64,000 nucleotides of DNA from a virus (lineage: Duplodnaviria; Caudoviricetes): positions 32,001 through 96,000 of IMG/VR virus record IMGVR_UViG_3300028549_000365, one strand, 5' to 3'. Both the position numbers and the translations under genes were made by a program. A model generated the notes under the pieces. It did not search any database. It saw only the letters and a list, made by a program, of their open reading frames with translations, and was not told the DNA's origin. Below are positions 49,080-59,781 of this stretch, piece by piece (position 1 is the stretch's first letter; every line of letters starts with the position of its first letter).

Positions 49080-49469
49080 ATGAATGAACAAATAGAATAC
49101 AAACCAATATCCCAAAAAACAGGCGGGATATTATCGGCGTTATGGAGACAAGTTGTTGAAGGTAAACACCTTAAACCTGTCTTACCTATATTGATAACTA
49201 AGTACTTAGATAAGAACGTAGAGATTAATAGTAGGAATGTGAAGAGAAAAGCTAAAGCTACTTTAAGAGCTAATATAGCAGCTGGTAGTATGACTTGGGC
49301 TGTTTTTAGTAATCTTATATTTAGATTTCTAGGTGCTAAAAAGTTATCTATAACTATTAAAGTAACCACAGCTAACGGAGATGAATCAATACATTATGTA
49401 ACCGTGGATAATGATGATTATGAGATGACAGAAGAAACAACAGAAGAGGAGACTAGTAATGATAAATAA
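49080..49469 (+). CDS. Conserved phiKZ-like hypothetical protein
   Basis: GILSALWR...SMTWAVF pattern and AAGGA RBS. Confidence 0.55.
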   Translation: MNEQIEYKPISQKTGGILSALWRQVVEGKHLKPVLPILITKYLDKNVEINSRNVKRKAKATLRANIAAGSMTWAVFSNLIFRFLGAKKLSITIKVTTANGDESIHYVTVDNDDYEMTEETTEEETSNDK

Positions 49470-49893
49470 AGATGTTATAATAAAAAGTTTTGACGAAGTT
49501 ATTATGGAACTTGATACTGATGTACTTGCGGTAGTTTATAGTTTCATTGTTGATATAGATAAGTTAGCTATAATCAATATTGAATCTAAACCAAGTATAG
49601 ATGCAATAGCGAGTTATATACTTGGTATAAATCAAGAACATATACTTGACTTCTTATATCAATTTAGTGTGTCGCTTAATTTTAACGGTGTTATTAATTT
49701 AGATATGACTGAGCTACAAAAAGCTAATTCATTCCTATTCGGAAAGAATAGTGACATATTGACACCTGATTTTACTAAACAGTTAGGTAGTTCAAATGAC
49801 GCGTTAGTCTCATTAGTTAGACTATTGAAATTATACACTAAAACATGTAAAGCTAGAATAGCTGTTAAATTAAACACTGTGGGTAAAAAATGA
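49459..49893 (+). CDS. Hypothetical protein
   Basis: Overlapping co-oriented ORF. Confidence 0.55.
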   Translation: MINKDVIIKSFDEVIMELDTDVLAVVYSFIVDIDKLAIINIESKPSIDAIASYILGINQEHILDFLYQFSVSLNFNGVINLDMTELQKANSFLFGKNSDILTPDFTKQLGSSNDALVSLVRLLKLYTKTCKARIAVKLNTVGKK

Positions 49894-50438
49894 AACGAGT
49901 AAATATAAGTATTAATTCAGACAGTGAGTTAGGTAAATTATTAGCTCCTGGTTATAATTGTAAACTAACAACTCCATTTGGAGTTATTAACAACCTCAGG
50001 ACGTTCATGGACTTCATAACAACACCTAACTATCCAGTTAGGTTATTAACCAAGCCTAAGCTTACTAGGGACGATATAAACTCTATTCCTAAAAGAAAGA
50101 TAAATATAGTTAACTTTTGGGCTTTGGTTGGTTATATAGTTGGTAACAGAATATTGAACGATAAAAACTTAATTAACCTACTTAAAGAAAATGATGGTGA
50201 GCTAACTAGTCGTACAACTAATAAAGTTACAATTATGGAATTAACTACCATAACTGAAACTTTGAATGTTAAGTTAGTTAAGCTTGTAGAAATATACAAA
50301 CAATATGAGAAGTTAATTAAAGAAGACAACTTTAATAAAGAATCTATAATTGCATACGTTAATTCTATAAAAGTTGATAAATCTAAAGATATATATCATG
50401 GTGTTCCTGATGTAAAAATATGGGAAGAAGATAGATAA
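49890..50438 (+). CDS. Hypothetical protein
   Basis: ATGA-coupled ORF ending at a terminator. Confidence 0.55.
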   Translation: MKRVNISINSDSELGKLLAPGYNCKLTTPFGVINNLRTFMDFITTPNYPVRLLTKPKLTRDDINSIPKRKINIVNFWALVGYIVGNRILNDKNLINLLKENDGELTSRTTNKVTIMELTTITETLNVKLVKLVEIYKQYEKLIKEDNFNKESIIAYVNSIKVDKSKDIYHGVPDVKIWEEDR

Positions 50439-50439
50439 A

Positions 50440-50472
50440 ACATAAGATATAGGGATACCCTATATCTTATGT
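50440..50472. terminator. Bidirectional terminator
   Basis: 15-bp stem ACATAAGATATAGGG / CCCTATATCTTATGT. Confidence 0.75.
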
Positions 50473-53400
50473 ATATTTTTTTCTTTCTAAATTTATAGCT
50501 GGTTTAGGAATATCCGAAACAGTTCTAGTTTTAGGTTTGTTATCTACACCTGGAGCTTCATTACCAGGTATCTGTATTTCGTCTAAGTTATTAACTTTAA
50601 GACCACCACTAATATTACTATTAAGAGCGACTATATTCTCATTCATGCCTTTAAGTGCATTTAATATTTCTGTTTGAACATTTAATGTTTGTTCTGATGT
50701 TGATGAAGTCTTAGCCAAATACTCATTTGAAGCTTTAGCTTCATTTGTTTTAACAGTATCAGCTTTTGCTTTTTCTTTATCAGCTACATTACCAGAAGGT
50801 TTATTTTCTACTTTAGTTTCTTTCTTAGGAGTAACTGTAGAAGTTTTTGATTTAGCAATATCTGTTTTTAACGTAGGTTTTACTGTAGACTTATTCTCTA
50901 CTTTAGCTTCTTTCTTAGGAGTAACTGTAGAAGTTTTCTTTTCTTTAAGTTTATCTCCAACTAATTTAGGATCTTCTCCTTTAGAAATAGCTGCTGCTTT
51001 TGGATTTTTCTTAGGGTCTATGCTAGTTCCTTTTTCCTTAATCTTTTTAACGTCAGCTTTCTTAGGTTCTATTTTAGGGTTTTGTTTACCGTCAGCAACA
51101 GGCGGTGTTCCGTTTCTAGAACCAATAGGTTCTACGTGCCAATGTTCATTAGCTAACGGACGGTATAATTTATATTTAGCTAATAACCCAGAACTATCCG
51201 CCCAGTCCATGTCAGCCTTACCAGAAGCAGCATAATTTATATCAGCGGCTATACCGACTTCATGTTTAGATTTACCCGGAGGAGCCACCCATTTACGCGC
51301 AGCTGCTTCACTACCATATTTAATTAACGCAGCCTCCCATAAAGCTTGTTGTTTAGCGGGTTCTCTGTATCCAGAGGTAAACACTAAATCTCTATTTTTT
51401 ATAGACTTAAATTCTTTACTCATACCGGCTATATTATCTAAGAATGTTTTGTCTACACCTTGTGTCTGACCTCCAGCTATTTTTAACCCTTCAGTTTGAT
51501 TACCTTTAAATAACCCAGCTACATTACCAGCCGCTGTAGTTATCATACCTACGGTGTTTTTAACAGCACCAGAGTTCATAATGTTGTCTTTAACATTTGA
51601 TAACTTATCGGTAAAACTACTAAACCAACCACCGCTAGACTTAGGTTGCGCTTGTGGTTTAGAAGGTAGAACAGCTGATTGTTTTGTATCGACGGTTCTT
51701 CCGTTAATTAGTTTAACTGGTTTACTAACTGTAGCTTGTTCTTTAGTCTTATTCTCTATTTTAGGCTTACTATCGGTAGTGTTAGATGTAGATTTAGTAC
51801 CAGTTACTTTTTTACTAGCTACTATAGCCGATCCAGCTGTCGTACCTACTGCGGTAGTTGTTTTAGCTGGAGGTTTTACAGTCGGACTAGGTGAACTACC
51901 TAACATTTTTAAAACCGTAGCTTCTTCATCATTAATACGTTTAGCAACACCTTTTTGCACATCGACCGACGAGCTTTTAAAATGCACCCCCACATTCTTA
52001 CGTTTATAAGCATAAGTAGCCTTTATTATCTTTTCATCGTCAGCCGCAGCTGGATCCAACCCAGCCGCTTTTATACCTTCTGGTATAATTGGCCTACTGC
52101 CTCCGTATTGTACACCTATCGAGTAAGCAGTACTTTGTAATGCTTTAGATCTAGTAGGTAGATCTATTCCATATTTCTTAAGTAAAGTAACCTGTGGTTG
52201 ATAATGAGATTTAGCTATAAAAGCTTCCTGATCTTCCGCGAATTCATCTGGATAATCTTTAAATATAGCTTTCCATTTATCCCCAAACTCAGGAGTACCT
52301 GGTGTTAAGCCTTTAAAATTATTTTTAAATCTACTATTAGCTACATAGTTAGCTACAGTTTTAGTAGAAAACTGATGCGTACCGTAAGAAACTCCTCCGT
52401 GATCACCTTTTCCAGATGAAACCATACCAGCACCATTCTTCTTACCTCCAGATTCAAATAACCCAGCCACTGCACCTATACCACTACTTATTAAGTCTCT
52501 AGCTTTACCGACACCAGCACTTATATAATTACCTACATTACTTATAGCGTTAGAAGTGTTTTGTACTGCAGCTGAATTCATTATATTATCTTTAACGTTA
52601 GATAAAGCGTTACCTACATTACTAACTCCATTAGCTATACTGTCACCTATCTTACCGAAGAAACCTTTCTCTTCTTTAGGGTCTACAGTGTTTCCTTTAA
52701 CAGTTTTAGTTAATTCTTTATTCTCTTTACTAGCTACACCTTTATTTTGTAGTTCACCAGCTAATTTAGCAGCTGGTACTGGATTACCGTTTTCATCGAG
52801 CACTGGATCTTTTTCGTTAAATATATCGAATCCCAATATACCTTTAGATACAGCTGAACCAAAACTATAACCTTGTGCTATGAATTTAGTTATTGACACT
52901 ACATCATTAGCTAGTAATAGTAAACCTACTCCAGGTAATAACTTAGAAGCAATTTTAGCTATTAATCTCTTACCGACTTCACCAGTTAAACGTTTAGCTA
53001 TCTTAGTTTTAAGTTGTTTTGCGTAAGATACTACTTTATCAAATATCTCTCCTCCGCCTTTCAATACTTTAGCTCCTACTTTTTTAACGTTCTCTACTAA
53101 ATTACCTCCGGCTTTCTTAGCACTATCTAATGCGTTACCACCTACCTTTTTAACAGTGTCAATAGCTGAACTACCCCATTTCTTAAACTTATCAAACATA
53201 CCACCAGATTTAGGTGCTTCTGGAGTTGGAGTAGTTATAGCTACTGGTGTTTTACCAGCCAGTTTAGTACCTAAATTAACAGCTCCTTTAGTAGCATCTA
53301 CAGCAATACCACCAGCTTTTATACCTAGTTTAAGTACACCTGTTTTATGTGCTGCGTAAGCTGCTGCTCCGTAACCAACCATTTCACCAGTTGTAGTTGC

Positions 53401-56400
53401 TGTAGATTTCTTCTCTTCACTAGGTTTACCACCTGATATAGTATCACTACCTGAGCCACTAGTAGCTGAGTCACCACCAGAACCTTGTTGTGAAGGATGT
53501 GTTCCATTATTCTTAGCGTCATTCTCAGCTATTTCTTCTTTACTAGGAGCCATCCAACCTAATCCAGGTGCGCTACTTATAACAGATTTAGCACCCATTA
53601 TTATATTGCCACCTATATTGCTTATAAAGTTAGGTATGTTTTTAAGATATCCGAACCCTACTTTCATCCATTCAAAACCAGTTTTAAGTACATCAAATAT
53701 ACCAGTAGCAATAGGTTTAAGAAAGTTAAATACATTCTTAACAGCAGTCCATGTACCGCTTAGAAATTCTTTAACATCCGTGAATGTTATACGTAAAGCA
53801 CTCATACCAGCTGCTATCGCTAATAATATTGTTGTAGGGTTAATTAAACTTGTTTCTTTCTTTTCAGCTACAGGTTTACCATCTTTGTCTTTAGTAACTT
53901 TAGGTTTGTCTTCTTTCTTTTTAAACATGTTAGAAAACGTATCTTTGTAACGTTTTGTTCTATCACCTAGTGATTCTCCAACTACTTGTTTTTTGGAATT
54001 CTTTTTATCGGCAACAGCTTTAGCCTTAGCTTCTTTCTTAGACTTTATTTCCGTGTCTCTTACTTTCTTATCTTCTTTCTTTTTAATAGCTTTAAGTCTA
54101 GCTTCTTCTCTTTTCTCAGCAGGTGATTTACCTAGACCAAATAGACTTTTCTTATTATCTGCTTTAGCTTTATCGTTTTCTTTTACTTTATCTCTTTTTT
54201 CGTCTAATGTTTTTTGCCAAGGAAATAAACGCTTACTATCGTGCTTAGCTGCAGCTTCTTGTGACGCCGCTGTCCATCTACCTGCAAAAGGATCAAGAAA
54301 AGATCTTTTAAGTCTAGTTATACGAGAGGGTATTTTATCTATAGGGTTATGCATAAACTCAGGGGTTACCGCACCAGCTACAGCACCAGTTACCGCGGCT
54401 CCTGTATTCCATAATCCCTTAAGTCCTATACCAGCTGCGTTAAATAATCCTCCACCTATACCTTTAGCTACACTGCTAGCTATACCTGATGACTCACCTT
54501 TAGTTTTATCTTTATCATTGCTACTAGTTAACTTTTTAAGACCTACTAAACCTCTACCTGTATTAGCTACGCCTCTTCCAGCTGCAGCAATACCGCCAGT
54601 TAAACCGTCCCAAGCTAAACCAGGTACTTTTAATAACCCATCTCTAGCTCCGTGTGCTATTTTCTTATCCCATTTTCTAGTAGTAGCTAATATATTCTTA
54701 ATAGTCATCTTTTTCTTTAATCTTGAAAATAAAGAAGTGCCATTTCTTCTGAAATTAAAAGCTTTTAACCAGATATCAAAGTCAGTAACCATCTTAGTTC
54801 TAAACTCTTCACTTTTAAAGAACTCTTGTCTCATATGTTCTTCTGCTTCTAAGGATAACTCTTTTAAACCTGTCCCAGTTAGTTTACCCATTATCTCATC
54901 AGTAGCTTCTTTCTTAAGATCATCAAGTTTAGTCTTAGCTTTAAATAAAGGACTGTATTTTTGTTTAAGTTTTTCTAGAGCTCCTGTTAATCTAGATTTA
55001 ACAGAACCTGGGTCTATTTGTTTAGCTACAGCTAGCCATTTAGAAAAGTCTTTTATTTGGTCAGACTTATATTCAGGACTACTAAAGAACTCTAACTTAA
55101 GTGCTTTCTTAGTGTCTTCGTCCATATCATCATATTTACCTATAAACACTATATCTTTATACTCGTCATCCTCACCACCTAGTAGTTTAGTTTTAAGTAT
55201 ATTAAAGTTCTCTTTCATAGAGTTTTTATAATAACCTAGCTCTTGCTTAACATATTCTGTTTTTTCAGACATAAAATCTTTAGCTTTATTAAGACCCTTT
55301 TCAGCAGAACGTTTAACTTTACTAGCTACTTGTAGATTTTTATCTGTACTCATAGCTAAGTGTTGTCTAGCTAATTTAGTACCAGCTGCAAACATCCATT
55401 CGTTAAATGTTTTATACGTTGTTTGTTTCATAAAGTGTTTAACTAAAATTGCTTTAGTGTCATCGTCGTAATACCCAGCAGCTAAATCACCACTAGCCAT
55501 TAACCTTTGATACATAGGATTATTATCGAACTTACTTTTCTTAACTTTACTAGGTACTTCTTTTTCATAACGTTCTTTAAGTACTTTTAGTCTACTTCTA
55601 AGTTTATCTGCGTTAGATTTGAATTTTGGTTTTTCTTTCTTTTCACCAGCGGCTTCTGCTAAATACTTAGCCGAGAACTTAGTCGTAAATTCTTCAAATG
55701 ACATTCTGTGTGAAAATGCTTTACCCCACGCATTTCTCATAGTGACTTCTACCTCGGGAGGTAAAGAAGGTCCTTGTACTTTAGCCGTTAATGACTTAGC
55801 CTTATCTTCAGCAGCTTTTTTAGTGTCGTTTAAAACATCTTTTAAATACATACCTGTATTACTGTTTTTAGCGTCTTCTAATCTTACACCTATTTTATCT
55901 TTTATTATCTTAGCTTCATCGACAGCTTTATCACTAACAGCTTTTAGATTAGTATTCTTAGTCTTGTCACTAACTTCAGAAGCTATATCCTTAACAACAC
56001 TTGTTAATTCTGATGTATTTGTGGTAGCTACAGCGTTTAATAATGTTTCTAACTTATTATCATTAAGAACATATTCTTTACCGTGCACAACACCAGCTTC
56101 TTCATGTTTACCACCATCACCTGTATATCCACCCTTTGAAAAACCTGTACTACTTGATTTAGTAATTACGTCACCCCATTCGTCTTTTTCTTCTTTTTTA
56201 GCTTTAACCTTATTTTTTCCTAAAGCTTTATCTTTAAAAGATCTTTTATCGTTCTCTTCTTTTATTTTCTTAGCTTCGTCAAATTTTGCTTTATCTTTAG
56301 AATATTGTTCGCGAATGTACTTGTCGTCCATCTTATCACTAGCGCCTATTATAAAATTAGTATAGCCTTTTTTATTATAGCTTGTTGATAGGTTACGTTT

Positions 56401-58287
56401 ATCGAACTCAGTTACACCTAATTCTTCTCCTATAGAACCATATCCCATAGCTTCCAGTTCTTTTAATTCAGACTGTAAGCCAGGAGCTTGATCCCGCATA
56501 CTACTTAACGTATTGCCTAACGAGGTTCCAAGTTCAAGATCGTTTCTTTCTCCGTACACTAATGTTTTCTTAACACTACTAGCGAATGGTTGTTTTAGTC
56601 TATCAGGTAGATGTTGTACAAACTTATTAGACATTAACTTACGTGGATCAGAACTAAAACCAGGATTAACTACATATTTAATTAAAGCTTTTCTAACTAT
56701 CTTACTATCTGTTTCATCTAGCTCTAACCCACCGTGTTGTTTAATAGTAGACATTAATGACTCTATACTTTTTCCTGTACCCTGTTCTAATCTATGTGTT
56801 ACATTTTGTTTAATGGTTTTCTTAATAGTTTCTTTATCTTCAAACCTATCATTCTTAGTATTGTAAATAAGTTCTTTTGCGTCAACATCAGACTGGTTAA
56901 CATTACTAGCTGTAGATATCCTTAATGTCTTCATTTCAGCATATATCTTACTAAGTAACCCAGGTATAATCTTAACTATTGATGTATGCGCTCTATTATC
57001 AAAAATAGATGCGTCGTTCATATTCTTCTTTTCTATTAGAAGTTTACTTTTAGAGTTAGCGTCAAACATATCACCAAGTTCATGCATCATAGTACCTATT
57101 AGTCCATCGTGTTCTGTAGCTTTCTCTTTTAATGTACCACTTATATCTGTCATAGCTAACTTAGCGTTATATATTTTCTCTCTTAGAAAATCATTCTTTT
57201 CAGCAACTTTACCTAAAGCTGACCCAGCCTTTTCTTTAATAGTTTCCGCTAACATCATACCTAATAGTGCTGATTTAGACATTCCCATTTCAGAACCACT
57301 AGCTATCATAGCGGCCATATTTTCTGTTTCACCTAGTACTTCTAAGGTTCTATCTTTGTAGTCTTCTACTTTATCTTTAAGACGTTTCTTAAACGCCATA
57401 AGTGGGTTAGCGTCAGAATATAACATATCGTTAAATCCAGTAACTGCTCTACTCTTCATATCTTCTACTAATCTTTCAGAGTTCTTAATCTTAACAACTT
57501 CTGGTAGACCTGTGTTATTTATAATAGTTGCAAATTGATTCTTGAATGTATCAAATCCTGTTTTAGTTGCTTCTAAAAGTTCTTTATTAACGAACAATGA
57601 TTTATATTGTATCTCTAATGATTTTCTGTAATAACTATTTGTTATTTCATAATCAAATTTTCTTAGACGTTCTACGTTAGCTGACGTAGTCAAAAGTATT
57701 TCATTTTGAGTAGTAGCTCTGTTATTCTCTATTTGTTGTCTAACAGACATCTCTACAGCGGTAGCTTCCTCTCTAGCACCTAAAGCTGCTAATAACTCCG
57801 CGTTTATTTTCTCTCGTTCTAAGTCCTCTTTACTAGGACCTTTATCTTCTGTATTATTACCATCTGATAACCAATCGCTTAATTTTGCTAACACACCATT
57901 AAGTTTATCATTATTAGCAGGTAATACTTTTTGTATAGCGTCTAAAGTAGACTTACCTTGTTTCTTTATTTCTATCCCTGCGTTATAGAACTCTTCTTTA
58001 ACACTATCGTGAATGTCAGTAACTGTATCAGCTTCTTTAGATAAGCTTTCAGGTATAGACTTCTTAGCTATATCTGTGGCTGTTTTAAGTTTGTCGTCCT
58101 TAAAAGTACCAACGAAGTTACTAGCAACATCACCAGCAGATCTTGTAATAGCTTCTCTACTGTCTTTAGGTGGAGGTGGAGCCGCCATAGGGTCTCCGAA
58201 GTCCATACCACCTAGTTCGTCATCTAGGTTAAAATCCTCATCATTAAGATCTAAATCTAGATCATCTGGGTTTTTGTTTTTTGCCAT
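50467..58287 (-). CDS. Giant tail/virion protein with two peptidoglycan-hydrolase domains (phiKZ gp181-like)
   Basis: Head-to-head with the vRNAP beta-prime gene, as gp181/gp180. Muramidase-like FESGG...SSGKGDHGGVSYGTHQF domain and M15 peptidase TSGYR...SKHEVGIAADI...EHWHVE domain. AAGGA RBS favours ATG 58287. Confidence 0.8.
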   Translation of the reverse strand: MAKNKNPDDLDLDLNDEDFNLDDELGGMDFGDPMAAPPPPKDSREAITRSAGDVASNFVGTFKDDKLKTATDIAKKSIPESLSKEADTVTDIHDSVKEEFYNAGIEIKKQGKSTLDAIQKVLPANNDKLNGVLAKLSDWLSDGNNTEDKGPSKEDLEREKINAELLAALGAREEATAVEMSVRQQIENNRATTQNEILLTTSANVERLRKFDYEITNSYYRKSLEIQYKSLFVNKELLEATKTGFDTFKNQFATIINNTGLPEVVKIKNSERLVEDMKSRAVTGFNDMLYSDANPLMAFKKRLKDKVEDYKDRTLEVLGETENMAAMIASGSEMGMSKSALLGMMLAETIKEKAGSALGKVAEKNDFLREKIYNAKLAMTDISGTLKEKATEHDGLIGTMMHELGDMFDANSKSKLLIEKKNMNDASIFDNRAHTSIVKIIPGLLSKIYAEMKTLRISTASNVNQSDVDAKELIYNTKNDRFEDKETIKKTIKQNVTHRLEQGTGKSIESLMSTIKQHGGLELDETDSKIVRKALIKYVVNPGFSSDPRKLMSNKFVQHLPDRLKQPFASSVKKTLVYGERNDLELGTSLGNTLSSMRDQAPGLQSELKELEAMGYGSIGEELGVTEFDKRNLSTSYNKKGYTNFIIGASDKMDDKYIREQYSKDKAKFDEAKKIKEENDKRSFKDKALGKNKVKAKKEEKDEWGDVITKSSSTGFSKGGYTGDGGKHEEAGVVHGKEYVLNDNKLETLLNAVATTNTSELTSVVKDIASEVSDKTKNTNLKAVSDKAVDEAKIIKDKIGVRLEDAKNSNTGMYLKDVLNDTKKAAEDKAKSLTAKVQGPSLPPEVEVTMRNAWGKAFSHRMSFEEFTTKFSAKYLAEAAGEKKEKPKFKSNADKLRSRLKVLKERYEKEVPSKVKKSKFDNNPMYQRLMASGDLAAGYYDDDTKAILVKHFMKQTTYKTFNEWMFAAGTKLARQHLAMSTDKNLQVASKVKRSAEKGLNKAKDFMSEKTEYVKQELGYYKNSMKENFNILKTKLLGGEDDEYKDIVFIGKYDDMDEDTKKALKLEFFSSPEYKSDQIKDFSKWLAVAKQIDPGSVKSRLTGALEKLKQKYSPLFKAKTKLDDLKKEATDEIMGKLTGTGLKELSLEAEEHMRQEFFKSEEFRTKMVTDFDIWLKAFNFRRNGTSLFSRLKKKMTIKNILATTRKWDKKIAHGARDGLLKVPGLAWDGLTGGIAAAGRGVANTGRGLVGLKKLTSSNDKDKTKGESSGIASSVAKGIGGGLFNAAGIGLKGLWNTGAAVTGAVAGAVTPEFMHNPIDKIPSRITRLKRSFLDPFAGRWTAASQEAAAKHDSKRLFPWQKTLDEKRDKVKENDKAKADNKKSLFGLGKSPAEKREEARLKAIKKKEDKKVRDTEIKSKKEAKAKAVADKKNSKKQVVGESLGDRTKRYKDTFSNMFKKKEDKPKVTKDKDGKPVAEKKETSLINPTTILLAIAAGMSALRITFTDVKEFLSGTWTAVKNVFNFLKPIATGIFDVLKTGFEWMKVGFGYLKNIPNFISNIGGNIIMGAKSVISSAPGLGWMAPSKEEIAENDAKNNGTHPSQQGSGGDSATSGSGSDTISGGKPSEEKKSTATTTGEMVGYGAAAYAAHKTGVLKLGIKAGGIAVDATKGAVNLGTKLAGKTPVAITTPTPEAPKSGGMFDKFKKWGSSAIDTVKKVGGNALDSAKKAGGNLVENVKKVGAKVLKGGGEIFDKVVSYAKQLKTKIAKRLTGEVGKRLIAKIASKLLPGVGLLLLANDVVSITKFIAQGYSFGSAVSKGILGFDIFNEKDPVLDENGNPVPAAKLAGELQNKGVASKENKELTKTVKGNTVDPKEEKGFFGKIGDSIANGVSNVGNALSNVKDNIMNSAAVQNTSNAISNVGNYISAGVGKARDLISSGIGAVAGLFESGGKKNGAGMVSSGKGDHGGVSYGTHQFSTKTVANYVANSRFKNNFKGLTPGTPEFGDKWKAIFKDYPDEFAEDQEAFIAKSHYQPQVTLLKKYGIDLPTRSKALQSTAYSIGVQYGGSRPIIPEGIKAAGLDPAAADDEKIIKATYAYKRKNVGVHFKSSSVDVQKGVAKRINDEEATVLKMLGSSPSPTVKPPAKTTTAVGTTAGSAIVASKKVTGTKSTSNTTDSKPKIENKTKEQATVSKPVKLINGRTVDTKQSAVLPSKPQAQPKSSGGWFSSFTDKLSNVKDNIMNSGAVKNTVGMITTAAGNVAGLFKGNQTEGLKIAGGQTQGVDKTFLDNIAGMSKEFKSIKNRDLVFTSGYREPAKQQALWEAALIKYGSEAAARKWVAPPGKSKHEVGIAADINYAASGKADMDWADSSGLLAKYKLYRPLANEHWHVEPIGSRNGTPPVADGKQNPKIEPKKADVKKIKEKGTSIDPKKNPKAAAISKGEDPKLVGDKLKEKKTSTVTPKKEAKVENKSTVKPTLKTDIAKSKTSTVTPKKETKVENKPSGNVADKEKAKADTVKTNEAKASNEYLAKTSSTSEQTLNVQTEILNALKGMNENIVALNSNISGGLKVNNLDEIQIPGNEAPGVDNKPKTRTVSDIPKPAINLERKKYT

Positions 58288-58337
58288 GTTCATTCCTTGA
58301 CTAAATCTCATATATAACTATAAATCAAGGAAACGCA

Positions 58338-59781
58338 ATGGAACAATACGTAATGACCCCTTTCAACATAGAACTTTTAATACTTGATAAGAGTATAGAA
58401 AAAATGTTAGGTCGTGTATACAAAACAAATATATTCGAAACACCTACACAAAATTTTGATGCAAACGGTTTATTTTCAACAGAAATATTCGGACCAATAG
58501 GGTCTGAAGATAGAAACGATAGATTTGGTTATATTGATTTAGGTATTAAAGTATTTCATCCTTTAGTGTTTGAACACATATCCACATTAAAGAGTTTTTA
58601 TAAAGATATCATAACTGGTACTAAACATGCTAAGTTTGATAATAAGCTTAATGACTTCGTACCAGCTACTATGGAAGATGGTTCAACTGGATTTGCCTTC
58701 TTTATGAAATACGTTAAAGATATAAAGTTAGAATCAACTGGTGGTGACCAAAGAGATTTTAAAATAAAGTTACTTAATCTTTATCACGATGATAATAGTT
58801 TATTAGACAAATGGTTAGTGCTACCTGCTGGGTTAAGAGATTATATTGTTAGTGAAGATGGTAAGACATCTGAAGATGAAGTTAATGATATTTATCGTAA
58901 ACTAATAACAACTACTAACTTATTGTTAAGTATTAATGTTACTCCTACTACTGAACACACTGTAGATAATATTAGGCTCAAGATACAACTATTAACAGTA
59001 GAACTATACGAACATTTTAAAGTTCTATTAGATGGTAAAAATAAGTTCATACAAGGTAAGTGGGCTAAGAGAGCTATAGTTAACGGAACTAGAAACGTTC
59101 TAACACCTGCTATTAGTAATATAACTAGAATAGACCAAACTAATATGATCACAAGCGATCATACTATATGTGGTCTTTACCAATACGTAAGAGCTATAAC
59201 ACCTATAGCTATGAATAAAATACATACTAAGTTTATAAGTAAGATTATGAATGTTACAACTAGTACAGTTATGTTAGTTAATAGTAAAACTATGAAGTCT
59301 GAACTTATGGAGATATCTGTAAAGAAAAGAGATGAGTGGTTAACTATAGAGGGTCTTGATGATGTATTTGGTAAACTAGAGCAAGAAGATATAAGATCAC
59401 TACCTATTAAATTAGAGAACAACTATTTATTTCTAGTGCACGATAAAGATGATGTAATAACAGTTATATTCAACACGGCTGATATTCCAGAAGATATGGA
59501 TAGAAGTTATATTAGACCTATAACTTATTATGAGTTACTGTATATAAGTATACATGATTGTATAGATATATACCCTGGGTTCATAACAAGATATCCTGTT
59601 GCTAACTTAGGTGGTATATATCCTTCTAAGATGTATGTAAGATGTACTGAGAACCCTAGAGTGGTAGACGTAGTTATGAACGGAACAACTACTAGAATGT
59701 ATGAATATCCTAACCTAACTGAACAATATATAAACAGTGTATCTGCGTCTCCAACACACATTCAGAAATTAGGAGCTGACT
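58338..59781 (+). CDS. Virion RNA polymerase beta-prime subunit (phiKZ gp180-like), exon 1
   Basis: GLFSTEIFGPIGS...GYIDL, VLPAGLRD, LLDGKNKFIQGKW, TRYP. The frame ends ...KLGAD+T, the first half of the DFDGD catalytic motif. Confidence 0.9.

Noticed and set aside
53993-56866. Long plus-strand ORFs (412, 248 and 117 aa) opposite the giant tail gene
   Set aside because: Antisense shadows (F/L/S-rich mirror of K/E/A codons) with no RBS or recognisable motifs.
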